DNA of 62,899 nt, counting the filler, from Choristocarpus tenellus KU-1152 (taxonomy: Eukaryota > Protista > Phaeophyceae): assembly GCA_964200185.2 (NCBI GenBank). It is 10 parts of 10 records of this genome, joined end to end, with 100 filler letters (N's around TTAATTAATTAA, not from the genome) between each part and the next. Parts side by side here need not be neighbours in the genome. Positions count along the whole stretch, not along the records: positions 21,429 to 28,805 come from CAXNAD020006245.1; positions 28,906 to 34,317 come from CAXNAD020010869.1; positions 34,418 to 37,783 come from CAXNAD020020507.1; positions 37,884 to 46,864 come from CAXNAD020004132.1; 6 more parts are not named here. One strand, given 5' to 3'. The notes beneath the pieces were generated by a model. That model saw nothing but the letters and a program-made list of their open reading frames with translations, made no database searches and was not told the origin of the DNA. The translations under genes and the position numbers were made by a program. The stretch's first letter is position 1. The number at the start of each line of letters is the position of its first letter. This document shows, one piece after another, positions 24,081 through 38,015 of this stretch.

Positions 24081-27000
24081 TTCTCTTGTGGTGTTTCAAC
24101 AAAGTTCAATCTCTTCATTACAACAATTCATATAGGGTCTCTATAAACTGCGGAAGCCTCATCCAACGTGATCCAACTCACTTCTCTTCATTGTTCATGA
24201 AGTATCATAATCACTTACGAAATATTGGTGGACCTTTTCAGGTGATTTTCTCCTCTTGGCATGCCTTCTCCGACCCCCTTAATGCGAGTATGAGTGGTAG
24301 ATGGACCGTAGTCTGGTAGATGATTCCTTGGAGATCCCGTTTGCCGCTGCCTCCAATTTCTACGAAAGTGAGAGAGAACACAAATATGAAACACTCAGGA
24401 GTAGTATATTAAGTAATCTAGACGATTAGGTGCAGCGAAGAACAACTCCAGCCCAGGTGAGCCACATCATAATGTCTCGTTGTGAAAGAGTTTTATCCTA
24501 CTGTGTTCTTGTTGGACCAAGCAAGGAAATATACTAAACGTTGTTCATTTATACTTCATCTCTTCCTTCTTCAGTACTGAGAAGGGGAAGAGTTAATGGG
24601 CTGCTCCCCGTAAGGGTGACCTCGCACTGTGTATGTAGTAGTTGTATCCCTTGGCAAGATTAACAATGCACTCGCCTAAAATGAAACCGGTACTCACCCA
24701 GAAAACCTTTTGGGGGCTTTACTAATAAACTTCAACAACAGGTTATTAATGGGGGTTTCGAGTTTAGCATCATCACCCTCTGCTTCACTAGTTAGCGAGT
24801 GCATTGCCCACCAGAATTTTGGCACCTTCGAGCTGTGACTGTATATGCATTGTGATTCAAACCAACAGAAAGTTAGGCAGCATTGCATATTTTTGATCTC
24901 CAGAAGGAGCAATAGTATACCGCTTTGTACAATTGGAGAAAGAACCATTCCTTAATTTTGGTGTCACTGTGGAAAAGGGTGATATCAAGTTTGCGTAAAC
25001 TATTGTGCACATTAAAGAATGATATAGAGCGTCTTGCACAAGGTAAGAAACATTGCTTGGAATGCAAAAGAGTCCAAACCTGCCTACCTCTCTATTGGTT
25101 TTACACAGTTATATTATTAGTCAACAAATATATTTGGGACTGGTGTTGGTCCTCCACGTTCAATGAGACCTACAGGCAATGACATTAAGTACATCAATTT
25201 ATGGTCATTAACTACAATTACAGAAGATTGGGGTTGCTTCCGTCTTGCAGCAGACAAATACGGGCCTTGATCTCAAGCAAGGAGGTGAAAGTGCATGGTA
25301 CAAATGGTAAAGAACCAGCACCCAGCGTAGTCCACCCACGTATCTATGACTACTTGCTCACTTTTGTCCCTCAAGCTTTGGCTCGTAGAGGTCTACAATA
25401 TACAGTAGTATGCGACTCCTACTCATTTCATATCATCATGCATTACACATTTATCTAATCACAACAAATCTTCGCTAACAGAAAGTAGAACATTGACATA
25501 CATGAATCAAGTGTCACGAGATGCATTGCTGTAGACCTTTACACCTTATGATATTTGAGGATGGAGGTGCGCATATGTACAAGCAATCAACTACTGGCAA
25601 CCAGGAAGAACACAATGGCGCCCCTGCTTTACTCTGCACATGATGCATGCTGATCACAGCCCAATGTGTACCTTGAGGTATTAAATTCCTTCAATCTAGG
25701 CAAGGACATACAGACACACACACAAATTATTGTACATTTTTGAGGTGTTTTCAAACCTAGAGTTATTCATCCTGAAATGTGCTGTAAATAGGTGCAACAG
25801 GAACAGTAAAAATTGTTCAGAGGAATGCCTTAAACAATGTGGAATGTGCCCAGCGCCCAGTACCCATTTGCTTCTGTATCAAAAATGCATACTTTGTATG
25901 GCTTTTCTTCTGAACAAATATATATATTGCACCAGGCTGGGTGAGAATAGTACTGCCGACATAGATACTATGTACCTGTTTCTAGTTGCAGTAGGCCACA
26001 GACCAAGAGTGTTCCCATCAACGAAAGTATGCAAGATGGTTAATTATAGGTTGAACTTCCTTTCCTGTCCCCTGAGTACAAGAAGGACAAGGGCAGGAAA
26101 ATATTTGGTTCATCTTGATCCGATCTACTCCACCCACACATACCCCAATACCCCACTTCTTCCCCAACTCGTATCTATATATACTGCGGTGAATCATGTT
26201 CATTACGACTTGAGGCACTCCACGATATACATAGGGTCAGATCTTCCTGGGTTGGGTGAGATGTCGTGAGAAACTGGAGGGTCAAATCCCCCAGCATAGT
26301 GGAAATAGGAGCCCACAATAAAAATATGTTCCAAATCATTTGTACGTGACCAGATCTCAATAGCCTTTGTGGGAAAGCACCTGGGTATGTTACGGCATTG
26401 AGTGGGGTCACAAGGTAGGGGGGGGAAGGGAAATGGTAACAGTTGGGTTTGTCAGCGGTAGGGGAATGAAAGGCAAAGCATGCGGGAAAAGTTCCATTGA
26501 TTCTCATCAACCAATTACTATCAATTATACAATATAGTACACGAACAACAAATATAAACAGTATTGACACAGTTGTACCATACAAAGTTATGACATGCAG
26601 TAAGAATGGAACCTCAAGCCAGAACACTACTTCTGGCTAAAACAAGTGGGTGAGCAACTCCTATGTTTCTCATTAATTCTACTCCCTCCCAAGATTAGAA
26701 AGCCACCACAGTCAGTAATAGCCATCTACATGAACAGAAGGACAATAAAACACCTTACATCTCTTGAACGTTCGAGAAAATCCAATTGGTAAACATCAAT
26801 CAGAAGTTGTCCAAACAGGATTGTAATTCCTATCAAAGCGCCTGGAAGGGGTTGCTGCTTCCAGAGTGATGCCCACAGGAATTGCTAAATAAGATCAATT
26901 TTCAGGACAGGGGGGAAATTACGAAACCTGCACCCTCAGTGATTAGAGAGTCCTGTCAAGCTCATCAATGAAATTACTTCAGCAATGCACACCACCTGAT

Positions 27001-29141
27001 CAGATGACCTAACCGCAGTTTCAATTCACCCCCCCCAAAAAGGCACAATAGGGTTGACCCATGACTCAAACCACTCCCTTCACGAAATGTTGTCAGCATC
27101 AAGCAAGGCACTTCGAACCATATCCCAGAACTCAAGTCATTATCTGAAGTCAAATCAAATACCTGATTACCAAACTCATCCTTAGCTCCATAGCAAGGGA
27201 GGTTTAACCCACCTAGTAGTCATAGTCTGATTCAGGTATACTACCCAATGATTGAAGCTACAATATGGAAGTAGAGAGGAGTTTCCTGTTTATAGTGTCC
27301 CTTCAGGTTATCAAAGAAACACAGTGCCAACTATGTGGCATATCTGTTCTGTACTTTTTCTTTTTATGTCACTTGAATCGATATTTGCACCAATGGGATG
27401 CATTTATTTGCCCTGAAAATCCCTGACACCCCTGATATTGGCATCACTCTCTTGTAAGAATAACAATGGCTGGGTCCTGTGATAACCATCTCCCTCCCTC
27501 CTCATTCATCCAACCTGCTTCGTTCCCCTCTACGCCCATTGCTCACCTGTTTGATATGGACATGATTGCCTTGCCCCCTGGCCTTAACACCCTTTCGATC
27601 TCTTTGAACACCTTTAAAGGCTTGGTCAGGTAATCCACCTGTGATGGGGGCGAAATTATGTAGAGAGTGGCAGCAAATAAGACAAAAAGTAACACACAAC
27701 AGAAGCTCACCTTCTAGTCAAGCAGGTCCAGCCTAAATGTAATCACTGAGTCACACCAAATTTACGTCTCAACACCATTCAGAACAGCTGTGTATGCCGA
27801 AGGACATCGTTACACTTGAACCGGGTCCATATCTCACGGCAGTAGTCTAAAACCAAGTCGTTTTGTTTAGTCAATGCCTTGGGCGGCTTCAATACTATAC
27901 CAGCTGGTATGAACGATGCCAGAGCATCAGCTCTTAACTAAGATATAAAAGATCATGGTTCTTACATAAACACAGAAAACACAATGTGGAAGATACACAG
28001 TAGACCACCTATATGGCCCGCAGTCGATAGTAGATAGCAACCCAGCAGGGAATCTTAAGGACACTTCAGTCATGGTTATTTTGTTTTATGCCACATTGAA
28101 GCTGCACTTGGCAGATTGGGGGTGTTGAAAGGTTCAATATGGTCTGTTTTCAATGAGGAATCTGATTATCACCACCTTGCACATTCATCTTGCAGAAAAC
28201 AGAAAAAAAAGAAAAAGTTCTTCAATTCAACTCTGCAAAGCTCCTCACTTGATAGATTTTAAAAATCAATCCAGCATATCCATAGCATTGTTCAGAATGG
28301 TGTATGATGTTAGTAAGCCTTAAGCGTGAGAACCTTGACTCTCACTATGTGTACTGCAAGAATTATGTTCAATTCAAGGAACATGTCAAGTGTCAAAAGA
28401 TTAAATATATATATATATCTGCCTGAAACATGCACTACCCATGGGATTGAGCATCAAGACTTCCACCGAGCAAGAAAGTTAGGCTCTGTGCTACAGTACA
28501 AGCAAAAGTCATCTTCAGTTGTAAGACAAACTTGAAAAGGGACTCTAATAAAGGTTGTCAGTCACAATGCATTGTCTGCATCATACAATTTGGTGCAAAG
28601 CACAGAGCAAAGTGTGGTACCCAGCATCTAATGTGGTGCCAAGTCAAGGCACAGCATGGTCCAGCCTGCCCTATTGCATCCATACAGTAGGGCAAGCGCA
28701 GGTAAACACTACTTTAAAACAGACTGAATTGAGTGTATGTCTGTTAGTCTACCTGTGTACCACAAGGGGGTCAAAGTATCTTGGGGGGGGTGGTGGTTTG
28801 TGAGGNNNNNNNNNNNNNNNNNNNNNNNNNNNNNNNNNNNNNNNNNNNNTTAATTAATTAANNNNNNNNNNNNNNNNNNNNNNNNNNNNNNNNNNNNNNN
28901 NNNNNTCTAAGATACTTTGGCTCTGAAGATAGACCTTGTGTAACGATCACGCCTGTTGTAGGAATGACCTCTCCATTATGCCGCTTTTCTGGAACCCTGA
29001 TGTAGGCACTATGAGCCTACAAGAAATCAAAGATACATACTTTTCATCCACCAACTTTAAAGTTGTTTTGCTCTGTTATTTAACTACACGACTGACTGCA
29101 ATCCTTGTTATTTTTCATCACATACCTTCTGCTAGTGGTGT

Positions 29142-29400
29142 GAGTCAATGTATCTTAGAGGGTAGAGCCGCGTCCATTTGGGGGCCAAAATCCAGTGTTG
29201 CGATTTTGATATAATTTTGACTGTCATGTTTTTTAGGAAGTGTCAATATCCTTGTCGCGGACACACCTTTTCACAACATACACATTTTACCTACTTCGAA
29301 ATATTATGGAGCAAGAAAATGTCATAAAAACACCCGAGGGAAGGCAAGCCCCTGATGGACAAACAGGGCAAAACTCGTACCCTCTAAGATACTTTCACTC
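29142..29400 (-). mobile_element. MITE family A copy with 3-bp flanking duplication TGT
   Basis: tgt|gagtcaatgtatcttagagggta ... taccctctaagatactttcactc|tgt. Confidence 0.9.
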
Positions 29401-29448
29401 TGTCCAATTGATTGTGTGTGGAGTGCGAAGTGATGTGCCGAAGGAGAT

Positions 29449-32400
29449 ATGACTGCACTTCTAAACCGAGCTCTAAACGCCACTTTTCTGGTGTTCTGGT
29501 TTCAGTTGCTGCTTTCGTTCGCCCACTCATCATCATTAACAGCATGTGATGGAAAAGTCTCTGGTGACATCGTGAGTGCCAAAAATTGAGATATGATCAT
29601 TATCTGCTTGTAAAACTTTGTTACATATTTAGCAGTTGCACACAACCAGGTGATCGAACGTATCGAGTTGTCTATGTCGTGTTAGACATCCAGGAAACTT
29701 GCTTCTTGGGTAAGAACAACGATAACTTATAGAGTCGAGGTTGCTACGTCGCAATTAATATGCCTGTGACGTGACAAAACCGTGTGAAGTGTAAGCTCAT
29801 AGTCGATCTGGAAATTATGTATGTAGTTGTCATCTTCTTTTGTCACATTCGAAGATATCTCTGTTGTATAGTTGGTCATGAACAGGGTTTGAATTTATGT
29901 ATGCCCTTGTTAATTTACATATTTAAGTGCCAACTGTCATCAATTCTGCAGTGTAGATGGTCAGATACACGTCATACCTGCAACTTAACCTGTATCTCCT
30001 ATGTTGTTCCCTATGCTGACTAATCACTATTCCATGTGACGAAAGTGCGCCAGGGCGCAAGGGGATATTAGCTGCTCCCCACCAGTAACTGGCACCTGCG
30101 AATATATTTTTGGAGCGGGATCACCACTCTACTGCATCGATAATACATTTCAACATATGTGAGAGAGTATTGCTTGCCTCGTTCATCATCCTCATGCACA
30201 CGGTCTGACAAAGTAGTTCACTGAAGGATGATGTGTGTGCTAAGGTACTGTAAACTCCAACTACGCGTTGCAGTTTATACCCACTGCGTACTTAGTTGTG
30301 AAGACGGGGCCTTGCAGTATGGTGTCTGCAATAATGAGATTTAGAGTCAACTTATATTTGCTATTGATGTATCATTATGTTAAACAAGCATACAATATCA
30401 TATTGGTCAAGCAATATAGAGTTTCCACATATTTTCCTCATTTTTCTCTGTTTGTGCTCTTTCTCAGACTGCAATGTGGGTATAAAGCAAGGTTTGTGTT
30501 TCCTTGTTAATCTTTGTAAATGTTGGATGAGGTGTGAAGTCTGTCTGTATTTGTGTGTGTTGTGGAAATCATGTTGATATTTGCAAGACTCTGACCACTG
30601 CGTTATCTTTTGTATTTGTATTCGTTTACAGGGTGGCGATTGTGGAGCTACTTCTGGTGCTTGCTTTTGCTTCAATGGAATTTGCTTTACAACCGGAGCT
30701 TCCTCGTTTTGTGGTAAGCAATTAACAACAGTTCATTCCACAATTTGTTCTATTTTGTCAAATCGTACATAGAGAAGTAGTCTGAGGGACAGGGTTGCAG
30801 TAAAATATGGACACCAATATTGGTATTTTTTCTGTATGGTACACAGCCTTGTCATACTAACCAGGAATATAGTAATTGTATGTCTTTGTTGGGTCAGACA
30901 ATAATAACGACTCTTTCAAGTGTAGGAGCTAAAGATTATTCAAGGGAAATAGTACCCTACAAAGCTGAAACAGAGTACAGCAAAAGCAGAACTCGTTTTT
31001 GCAGTCAAGCATTGATAATATGGATAGCGATGAAGTGGCATTCCTTCCATCAACTACGTGCAGAGTACCAAAAGGCTTTTAAGTATTAGGGGGTGTACCG
31101 ACTGTCCATCCGAGGCTCATTTTTCCATGTTGCAATTTTTGCGTGATTTGGTTGCATGTGTCAAATGGATAACGTAACTGGACCTTTCCTAGCTAGGGCC
31201 CAAATAGACACCCTGGTGTAGACCCTCCCCTCCCCTAGATAGGTTTAGCCAAAATATACACATGCAATGTCGCTTGCACTCAACTGCATTCACACGTTGT
31301 GTAAATGTGCGAATCTGCCTCTCAATCGTAATGCTTGGTATAGAAAGCATCCTTTAAGCACACGTCTATAACAATAAGTCTACGTTTTCTGTGAATGCTC
31401 TACTGCACACTTCAACGATCACTTTCTTTGACCTGACTTGTGACCATTCAATGACCACCTGCTTCGATCAATATTTTATTTTTTACATGTTTAATGTGCA
31501 CTGTTCTTTGCTACTGTTCCTTCATATCTCAAAGATGACCTACAAGTAGGTGGTGATCCTCATTTGGTGGGCTTTAAGGGACAGAGGTTCGACGTCACCG
31601 GGCAAGATGAAGGCATTTACAACCTGGTGCACGATGGAGAGTGCAACATCATCAACATGCGTGTGTCGGCTCTGCCCGGCATGCCTGCCATTACCTACAT
31701 TACAGCGTTAGGCATGATACTTTGTGGGAAGGACGGAAACAAACACACAGTGGAAATAATGGTCAAGGATTCCCACAATCTGGAAACATCTTGTCCTTCA
31801 GACTACGTTTGTTTGGCGGACGGGGCATTGACCGTGCTATTGGACAGCAAAGAGATTATGGGACCAGGCATGGTACGTGAAACTTGCGTTGTTCACAGTT
31901 TGATTTTTTGTACTTCGCATATCACACAACATGCCTCAATTGTGTCAGAAGAAAATCTGTGCCAATGTATATACCGTAGGCTGTTGGGAGAAATCAGGTA
32001 CTGATCTCTCCGTCATATTCTCTTTGAAAGGTAGTGATGTTTTCCCCCAAAAGTGATTCTCAGCCCATCAATCTTGTTCTGTTTTTGTTGCACTGCTGTT
32101 GTTTCTGTCAGTTTGATACTGGCAATGGTGTCGTGGTTACTGCTGCCAACATCCCTGGAGAGTGCCATCCTTTCGGGTTTGAGAAATACTGGATGGCACA
32201 GCAGGACAAAGATGAGAACAATGCTATCCATGGACGTAGGCTTGAGGAGGTTTTCCCTATGTCAGAATGGCTCATGAGGGACACGCTGAGGACAAACCCT
32301 AGAGAATGCGACCTTTACGTGAAAAGGGCTGCTGAATCGGACTCACTGTTCGACCATCAATCGGAGCACACTTCTTTCCAAATAGCATTTCCACACCTGT

Positions 32401-32681
32401 CACTCAGGGTCAATCACGGCAAGATTAATCAAATTGCCATGCGGGACCCTACTGACACGCTTGACCTTCCAGATCATGTGGCTTATCAGATGAATTTGGC
32501 CTTCCGCAAGATACAGCTAGGAGATGATCCTCGCGGCATTCTGGGTGAGACAGTTCACCCTGTCCTGAACGAGAGTGGTGCACCAATTATGGAGGGTCCA
32601 AAGACCCTTCGTGCTGATGAGGAGTCTTATCGTGTGCACTGTCTTCTTTGTAGTGAGTTTGCGCAACTTCTTGAACTGTGA
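29449..32681 (+). CDS. Secreted Cys-rich protein with C-terminal VWD/root-cap-like (GGDPH) domain
   Basis: Exon 29449-29571 encodes a signal-like peptide (MTALLNRALNATFLVFWFQLLLSFAHSS...|gtgagt). Probable exons 30046-30158 and 30217-30244 are tentative. Then 30632-30713 (GGDCGATSGACFCFNGICF), 31535-31872 (GGDPHLVGFKGQRFDVTG...CPSDYVCLADGAL) and 32112-32681 (AANIPGECHPFG...DPRGILGET..stop). Confidence 0.8.
31078..31250 (+). mobile_element. Diverged MITE family B copy in an intron of the VWD-like gene
   Basis: Shares ctgtcca, catgt.gcaattttt, atggataa, ggtgtagac.c(n) with 54622-54793. Confidence 0.6.
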
Positions 32682-32837
32682 AAATGTAGTATTGATGGTT
32701 ACTAGGGTTACCCAATAGATATAGTGCATGCTCTCTGTGGCTACCCTTTACCTTTGTAAGAATAGAAATGTCTGTTTTTAGCTGTTATTACTACTCACCA
32801 GGGTTATACAGTAGATATAGTGCATGTTGTTCCAAAG

Positions 32838-33267
32838 ACGGAGGGTATGTAAGAGGGTACAAGTTTTGTTTGTAGGTTTGGGGCTTGACTTCTCACGTGT
32901 TTTTTTTTAATGACATTTTGGCTCAAAATATCTGGGGGAGTGATGGCTGTCAATTTGGGGTCAATTGTTACATATCGCGCTTTTTGGGTGAATTGGTTTC
33001 ATAGATCCGATGGACAATGTAAATTAACATTTTCTGTTTTGGGGTAAAAGGGACAACCTGGTGTAGACCCCTCCCCCCCCTCCAAATGTTTTGTCTTTCC
33101 TACTCGAAATGTTTTCGGAGTAGGAAAAATGGATGCATTATGAAAAGGTGTGACAGGAACAAGGATATTAGCACTTCCTAACTAGTACGATTGTCAAAAT
33201 TACATCGAAATCGTAACATTGGATTTTGACCCTCAAATGGATGCGGCTCTACCCTCCAACATTTGCT
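32838..33267 (+). mobile_element. MITE family A copy with a family B copy nested inside (about 32921-33096)
   Basis: Family A sequence breaks at ...gacatttt and resumes at ttcctactc...; the insert runs ggctcaaaatatctggggg...ggtgtagacccctccccccc. Confidence 0.7.
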
Positions 33268-33318
33268 CAAAATGTGGCTTATGATGTAACTTCTTCGGGC
33301 TGCTTTCTTCCTTAACAT

Positions 33319-33575
33319 GAGCGAGAGTATCTTAGAGGGTATGAATTTTGCCCTGTTTGTTCATTTGGAGCTTGGCCTCCAATTGGTTTTTTATTACATT
33401 TTCCTACTCTAAAATTTCAGTGTAGGTCAAATGTATATGTTATGAAAAGGTGTGTCCAGAAAAAGGATATTTGACACTTCCTGACAAACACAATAGCCAA
33501 AATTATATCAAAATCGCAACATTGGATTTCGACTCCCAAATGGATCCGCCCCTATTCTCTAAGATACTTTAGCTC
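33319..33575 (+). mobile_element. MITE family A copy
   Basis: gagcgagagtatcttagagggta ... tctctaagatactttagctc; colinear with 3285-3553. Confidence 0.85.
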
Positions 33576-34417
33576 CAACAGAAATGGAAGATAGTGAAGA
33601 CAACAACTATGTGTAAGTAGTAGGAGTTTGTCGAAGTGCCCAAGCAGTTACTACTATGGGCATATTCGAAATGCCCGCATCTAAGTGGCATTTCACAGAA
33701 ATGGATGGATCGATTTAAATGTACACTTTAGTTTGATGAAAGATTTTGAGAATATGGCGCACGTTGAATCGATTACTGAGTACTTTAATAAAAGAATCGG
33801 TTTTACCAACACCGTCAGTCCATAAGAGTGTCGCTGAGAGGTGTTTCAGACACCTACCTTGTGGGAAGTAAATATTTGAAAAGTGGAGGAGACAATTGGC
33901 CCATCCAAATCCATCTCTGTTTTGCCCACATTCAACGATTCGTCTGAGGAAGTTTAAGTGAACAACACATAAATATAGTAGGAACAAGTTCAGCTCTTCT
34001 TTCTGATTAGACGCTCAAAATTTTCCTCCAGTTCTACAGTTTATGATTGGTCTAGCAGTATATAAAAAGAAAATATAATCACACCATCACTAGTGTTTCA
34101 AAGAAAAAAAAAACAGTAAGCGAGGGGAGTGGTACAGGGTGAGGCGGTATGTGAGGGAAAGAAAATACGCAATTTTGAGGTCTCCTTCATACTTCTTTCA
34201 ACTCTCTGAACTAATTGGACTGAAGTGTCAAAAACACTAAACCTGTATTGAACAGCCGATTTCAAAAATTGAGGATGGAACTTTTCACTGAAGATGGACT
34301 TGACCCAAAATTGACTGNNNNNNNNNNNNNNNNNNNNNNNNNNNNNNNNNNNNNNNNNNNNTTAATTAATTAANNNNNNNNNNNNNNNNNNNNNNNNNNN
34401 NNNNNNNNNNNNNNNNN

Positions 34418-34500
34418 ATAGTCAAAATTACATCAAAATCGGAACATTGCATTTTGACCCCCAAATGGACGTGGCTCTACCCTCTCAGATACATTGGCTC
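34418..34500 (+). mobile_element. MITE family A right end, truncated by the contig edge
   Basis: ...caaatggacgtggctctaccctctcagatacattggctc. Confidence 0.75.
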
Positions 34501-34677
34501 AAAACCAAACTTGAGAGGGATTGGCAGCTCCTTTTTGTGGTGTACAATCAAGTACTTAGGTACAAAAGGGGGAATGACTTCAGTGTGGAGCACACAGGGG
34601 TAAGGAAGAGGCAGTTGTATGGTGAGCTCCAAAACACACCAAAGGTAGACATGGAGGCTTTTTCTGTGGCTGATAAA

Positions 34678-34859
34678 GAGCCAAAGTATCTTAGAGGGTA
34701 GAGCCACGTCCATTTGGTGGCCGAAATCCTATGTGGCGATTTTGATGTCATTTTTCATATCGTATATATTTTGCTTACTCCTAAACATTTTCGAGTAGGA
34801 TAATGTCGTTAAAAACCCATGGGAAGCCAAAACTCGTACACTCTAAGATACTTTCACTC
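34678..34859 (-). mobile_element. Internally deleted MITE family A copy, flanks AAA/AAA
   Basis: aaa|gagccaaagtatcttagagggtag ... ctctaagatactttcactc|aaa. Confidence 0.85.
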
Positions 34860-37701
34860 AAAATTGTGATGGATGGGGAGCAATAATAAGAAAAAGAGCC
34901 GACCCTACTAACCAGAAATTCAAGGATTCCACATCTTCTTTCAGAAATGAGTTTCATCATCATTTTCAAAAGATATGGACAACGCAGCACAGACTTACGG
35001 TGTGGAGGTATTATTTTAAGAGGCAATCTTGGGGGTGCAAGGACTAACATTTTTCTGTGAAAATATTATTACAGAAAAATGAAAGAGCAAAACCAATTGA
35101 GAGGTAGGCAGGTTTGAACCCTTTTGCATTCCAAGCCATCGCTCTTACCCTGTGCAATACACTCCATTTAAATGCTTTAGATGCACAATGGTGTACGCAA
35201 AATTGATTTTCCCTTCTATTCGCATAAAAAGTGACACCACAATTCAGCAAAGGCTCTACCTGCAATTGTACAATATTACATGTTTTGCGCTTCCTTGGGA
35301 TCTCCTTAAAATCCAACCCGGCCTCCCTCTCAGTCGGTTTGGACTCAAAGGTATACCTTGAATTCGGTCAAAGGTCTTCAGAAAAACCCCCCCAATAGAG
35401 CAAGTTGCATAATACACGTAAGAAATATAGGTGACCATGTCAGTCCGTCCACCTAAGTGCATCGCTATTGGCAAAAACAAAAATAATTGAAACCACCATC
35501 ATATCACAGATGAGCAACTACTCACATATATATGCATGAAAGATGAAACACGAGAGTCAAATTACATCATGGATCACCAACAATAAACTACGACCTATAT
35601 CGCAGTGTTGTCAGGGACACACTTGATGGACTTATTTGCTCTCACACACCTGAAAAAAGGGGCATGAGGTTAATGCCGTTGGAGTGACAAGAAGTTAAAA
35701 TACTACATCAATGGGTTTGAAGGGAAAAAAGTATTGAACCACTTCCTTTACGTCCTACCATTCAAAACGCAAACATCCTACTCAGTACAACCATTCGATA
35801 TCAGGAGGCAAATGCCTTGCTCCACATTGTTTTCTCCCTTTCTGTCTGCTTCTTGATTGCTGCGTCCACCTGCCCATAGCGTGCACAATACATGAATAAT
35901 AAAAATACAAAACAGAATCGATCGTTAGTTGTTCAAGGTCGATCTGGAGGATATGATAGGTGGAATTGTAGGCGCTGGGCTTTACATCAAACCCGCGGGA
36001 TTTGAGAGATCCAACACGAAGGAAACCAAAGTAAGAGGGGGTTGCAGGGAGGGAATGAATGTATTTCGATTGGCTGAATGCGAAAGTACAGGCCATTCTA
36101 TTGGTTCAATAGTAACTCTACTTGACCATGCCCCTTGCCCCTCACAATATATTATTATTAATATTATTATTAAAACAATATTATACTTTTCGAGATGAAT
36201 AAAAATATGATGTAGTGGAGCATACCAAAGATTTTTTTTTTCAAGAAACGCAAACAAACATAAAGCAACTGACATACACATCCATACCCACATGCTCAAC
36301 CTAGTACTCTGCACATTTTGAGACACTCAATGCAGTTCAAGTCAGAAGTACTTCACAAGACAGGAGACATGCGGCACCACAATCATTGAAAACAGGAGAT
36401 CTGTAGCTATCGTTAGAAGGAAAGCTGTTTCACAATCGTAACCGCCATATCTGTTCAAAAATACCAGGGCCCTACACGGTTGTTTCACAGTTACAATTAC
36501 ATCACAAATCTACTACAGACAGTTGGCAACTGTGGAGATATTGAAAAACCTTGCTCAACCACAACTACCATAATTCCGTATCTGAACCGTGGTTTCCGTT
36601 GTACCTATTCACCCTACGGTTGAGACAGTCGAGATAGTATTCTAGCACAATGACCGTACAGTTCAGTTCTTCAAGTAGCCTGGACTATACCATTACTGTA
36701 CTGCGTCGGAGTACACTTACTGTAACTGTAACGCCCAGCAGTAAACTGATCAAAAAAATAAAAATATAGAGTTGGCAACTGTATACATTTATAGTATACA
36801 CTACAAATAGTAGTATAGTAGTGGTGAATACTCAAAAATAACCTTCAACCTTCAGATTCTCGCCAGGGTACTGTTATTGCACCAAAATAATTATCAGCAA
36901 AACACTATACAACTATACATAGTAAACCTAGATAAATCAAATACAAAATATGTAGTATATATATATATATGCTTTTGGAGAGAATGAAATCTTCATAATG
37001 TAGCAACACCAATAGCAATAACTTGTATAGATAATTATGTTTTGCTCTTCTAGCATTCTAAGACTTCTGAACTAGTTCATGGCCCACCAGGGTATATGAA
37101 TACATTTAACATGTTGATTGGGTCTCCTGTACTTATCAATGCTCTAGAGCCCTCATCATTGTTGTGAACAACTCTGGAATGGTTATGGTGTCATCGTTGT
37201 TGACCATCGGGGAAATAGATAGAACCACGGCTGTACCTGTACCTTCCAAAGTTCAAACTGGAACTGCACAGTGAAGTCAAAAATAAAAAAACAGGATACC
37301 AAATGTAGGCTGGAACATATCATGAGGTCAAAACATATTCTTGTGCATGTCTATGTTTTGACAGAACTGAACCCTACAGTTGAAATTCCATCCGCAAAGA
37401 TGACTTTTGTTGTGAATGTGTCTACACATCTCACGTCTGACAGTTACACATACCGAAAAATGAATATATATATATATGTATAATTGGACAAATCTTTACA
37501 TTCAGAAACCAACCAAAAAGGGAAGGTGAAACCAGGTAGGGTACTGTAATAATACCATGTAATTATAATATATAAAAATACTATTCTTGGTGAAATTGAT
37601 AGAGGTGTGCAGCATGCAAATGAGTGACACAACACATGAGGATGACCAATACACATGAGTGTACACCCAACTACAAAGACACACACACACACAAAAGTTC
37701 T

Positions 37702-37732
<31 letters not shown>

Positions 37733-38015
37733 TTTTATAGTTTTGTGTTTAAAAAAAAAAAAAAAAACAAAGAAAAAAACAAANNNNNNNNNNNNNNNNN
37801 NNNNNNNNNNNNNNNNNNNNNNNNNNNTTAATTAATTAANNNNNNNNNNNNNNNNNNNNNNNNNNNNNNNNNNNNNNNNNNNNGCGTGGGAGAGTTTTAA
37901 AAAAAAAAAAAAAAAAAAGAGTTTTTTCCCCAAACCGCGCCCCCCCCCCCCGTCTCCCTTCCCCCCCCCCCCCCCCCCCCCCCCCCCACCTTTCATGCAA
38001 TCTCTCTCCACAAAG

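Noticed and set aside
22431-24319. Plus-strand ORFs of 146-198 aa
   Set aside because: Antisense shadows of the PPR gene.
24200-24950. Upstream coding exons for the PPR gene (donor near 24696, acceptor near 24359)
   Set aside because: The spliced frame stops before the PPR ATG; at most a 5' UTR intron or uORF.
35095-35256. tRNA gene or SINE (B-box-like GGTTCAAACC on the minus strand; similar to 58817-58985)
   Set aside because: No cloverleaf can be folded, and the shared sequence extends upstream of the putative head; only an unclassified dispersed repeat.
35782-37270. Possible exons of another gene
   Set aside because: No recognisable motif and no consistent splice chain.
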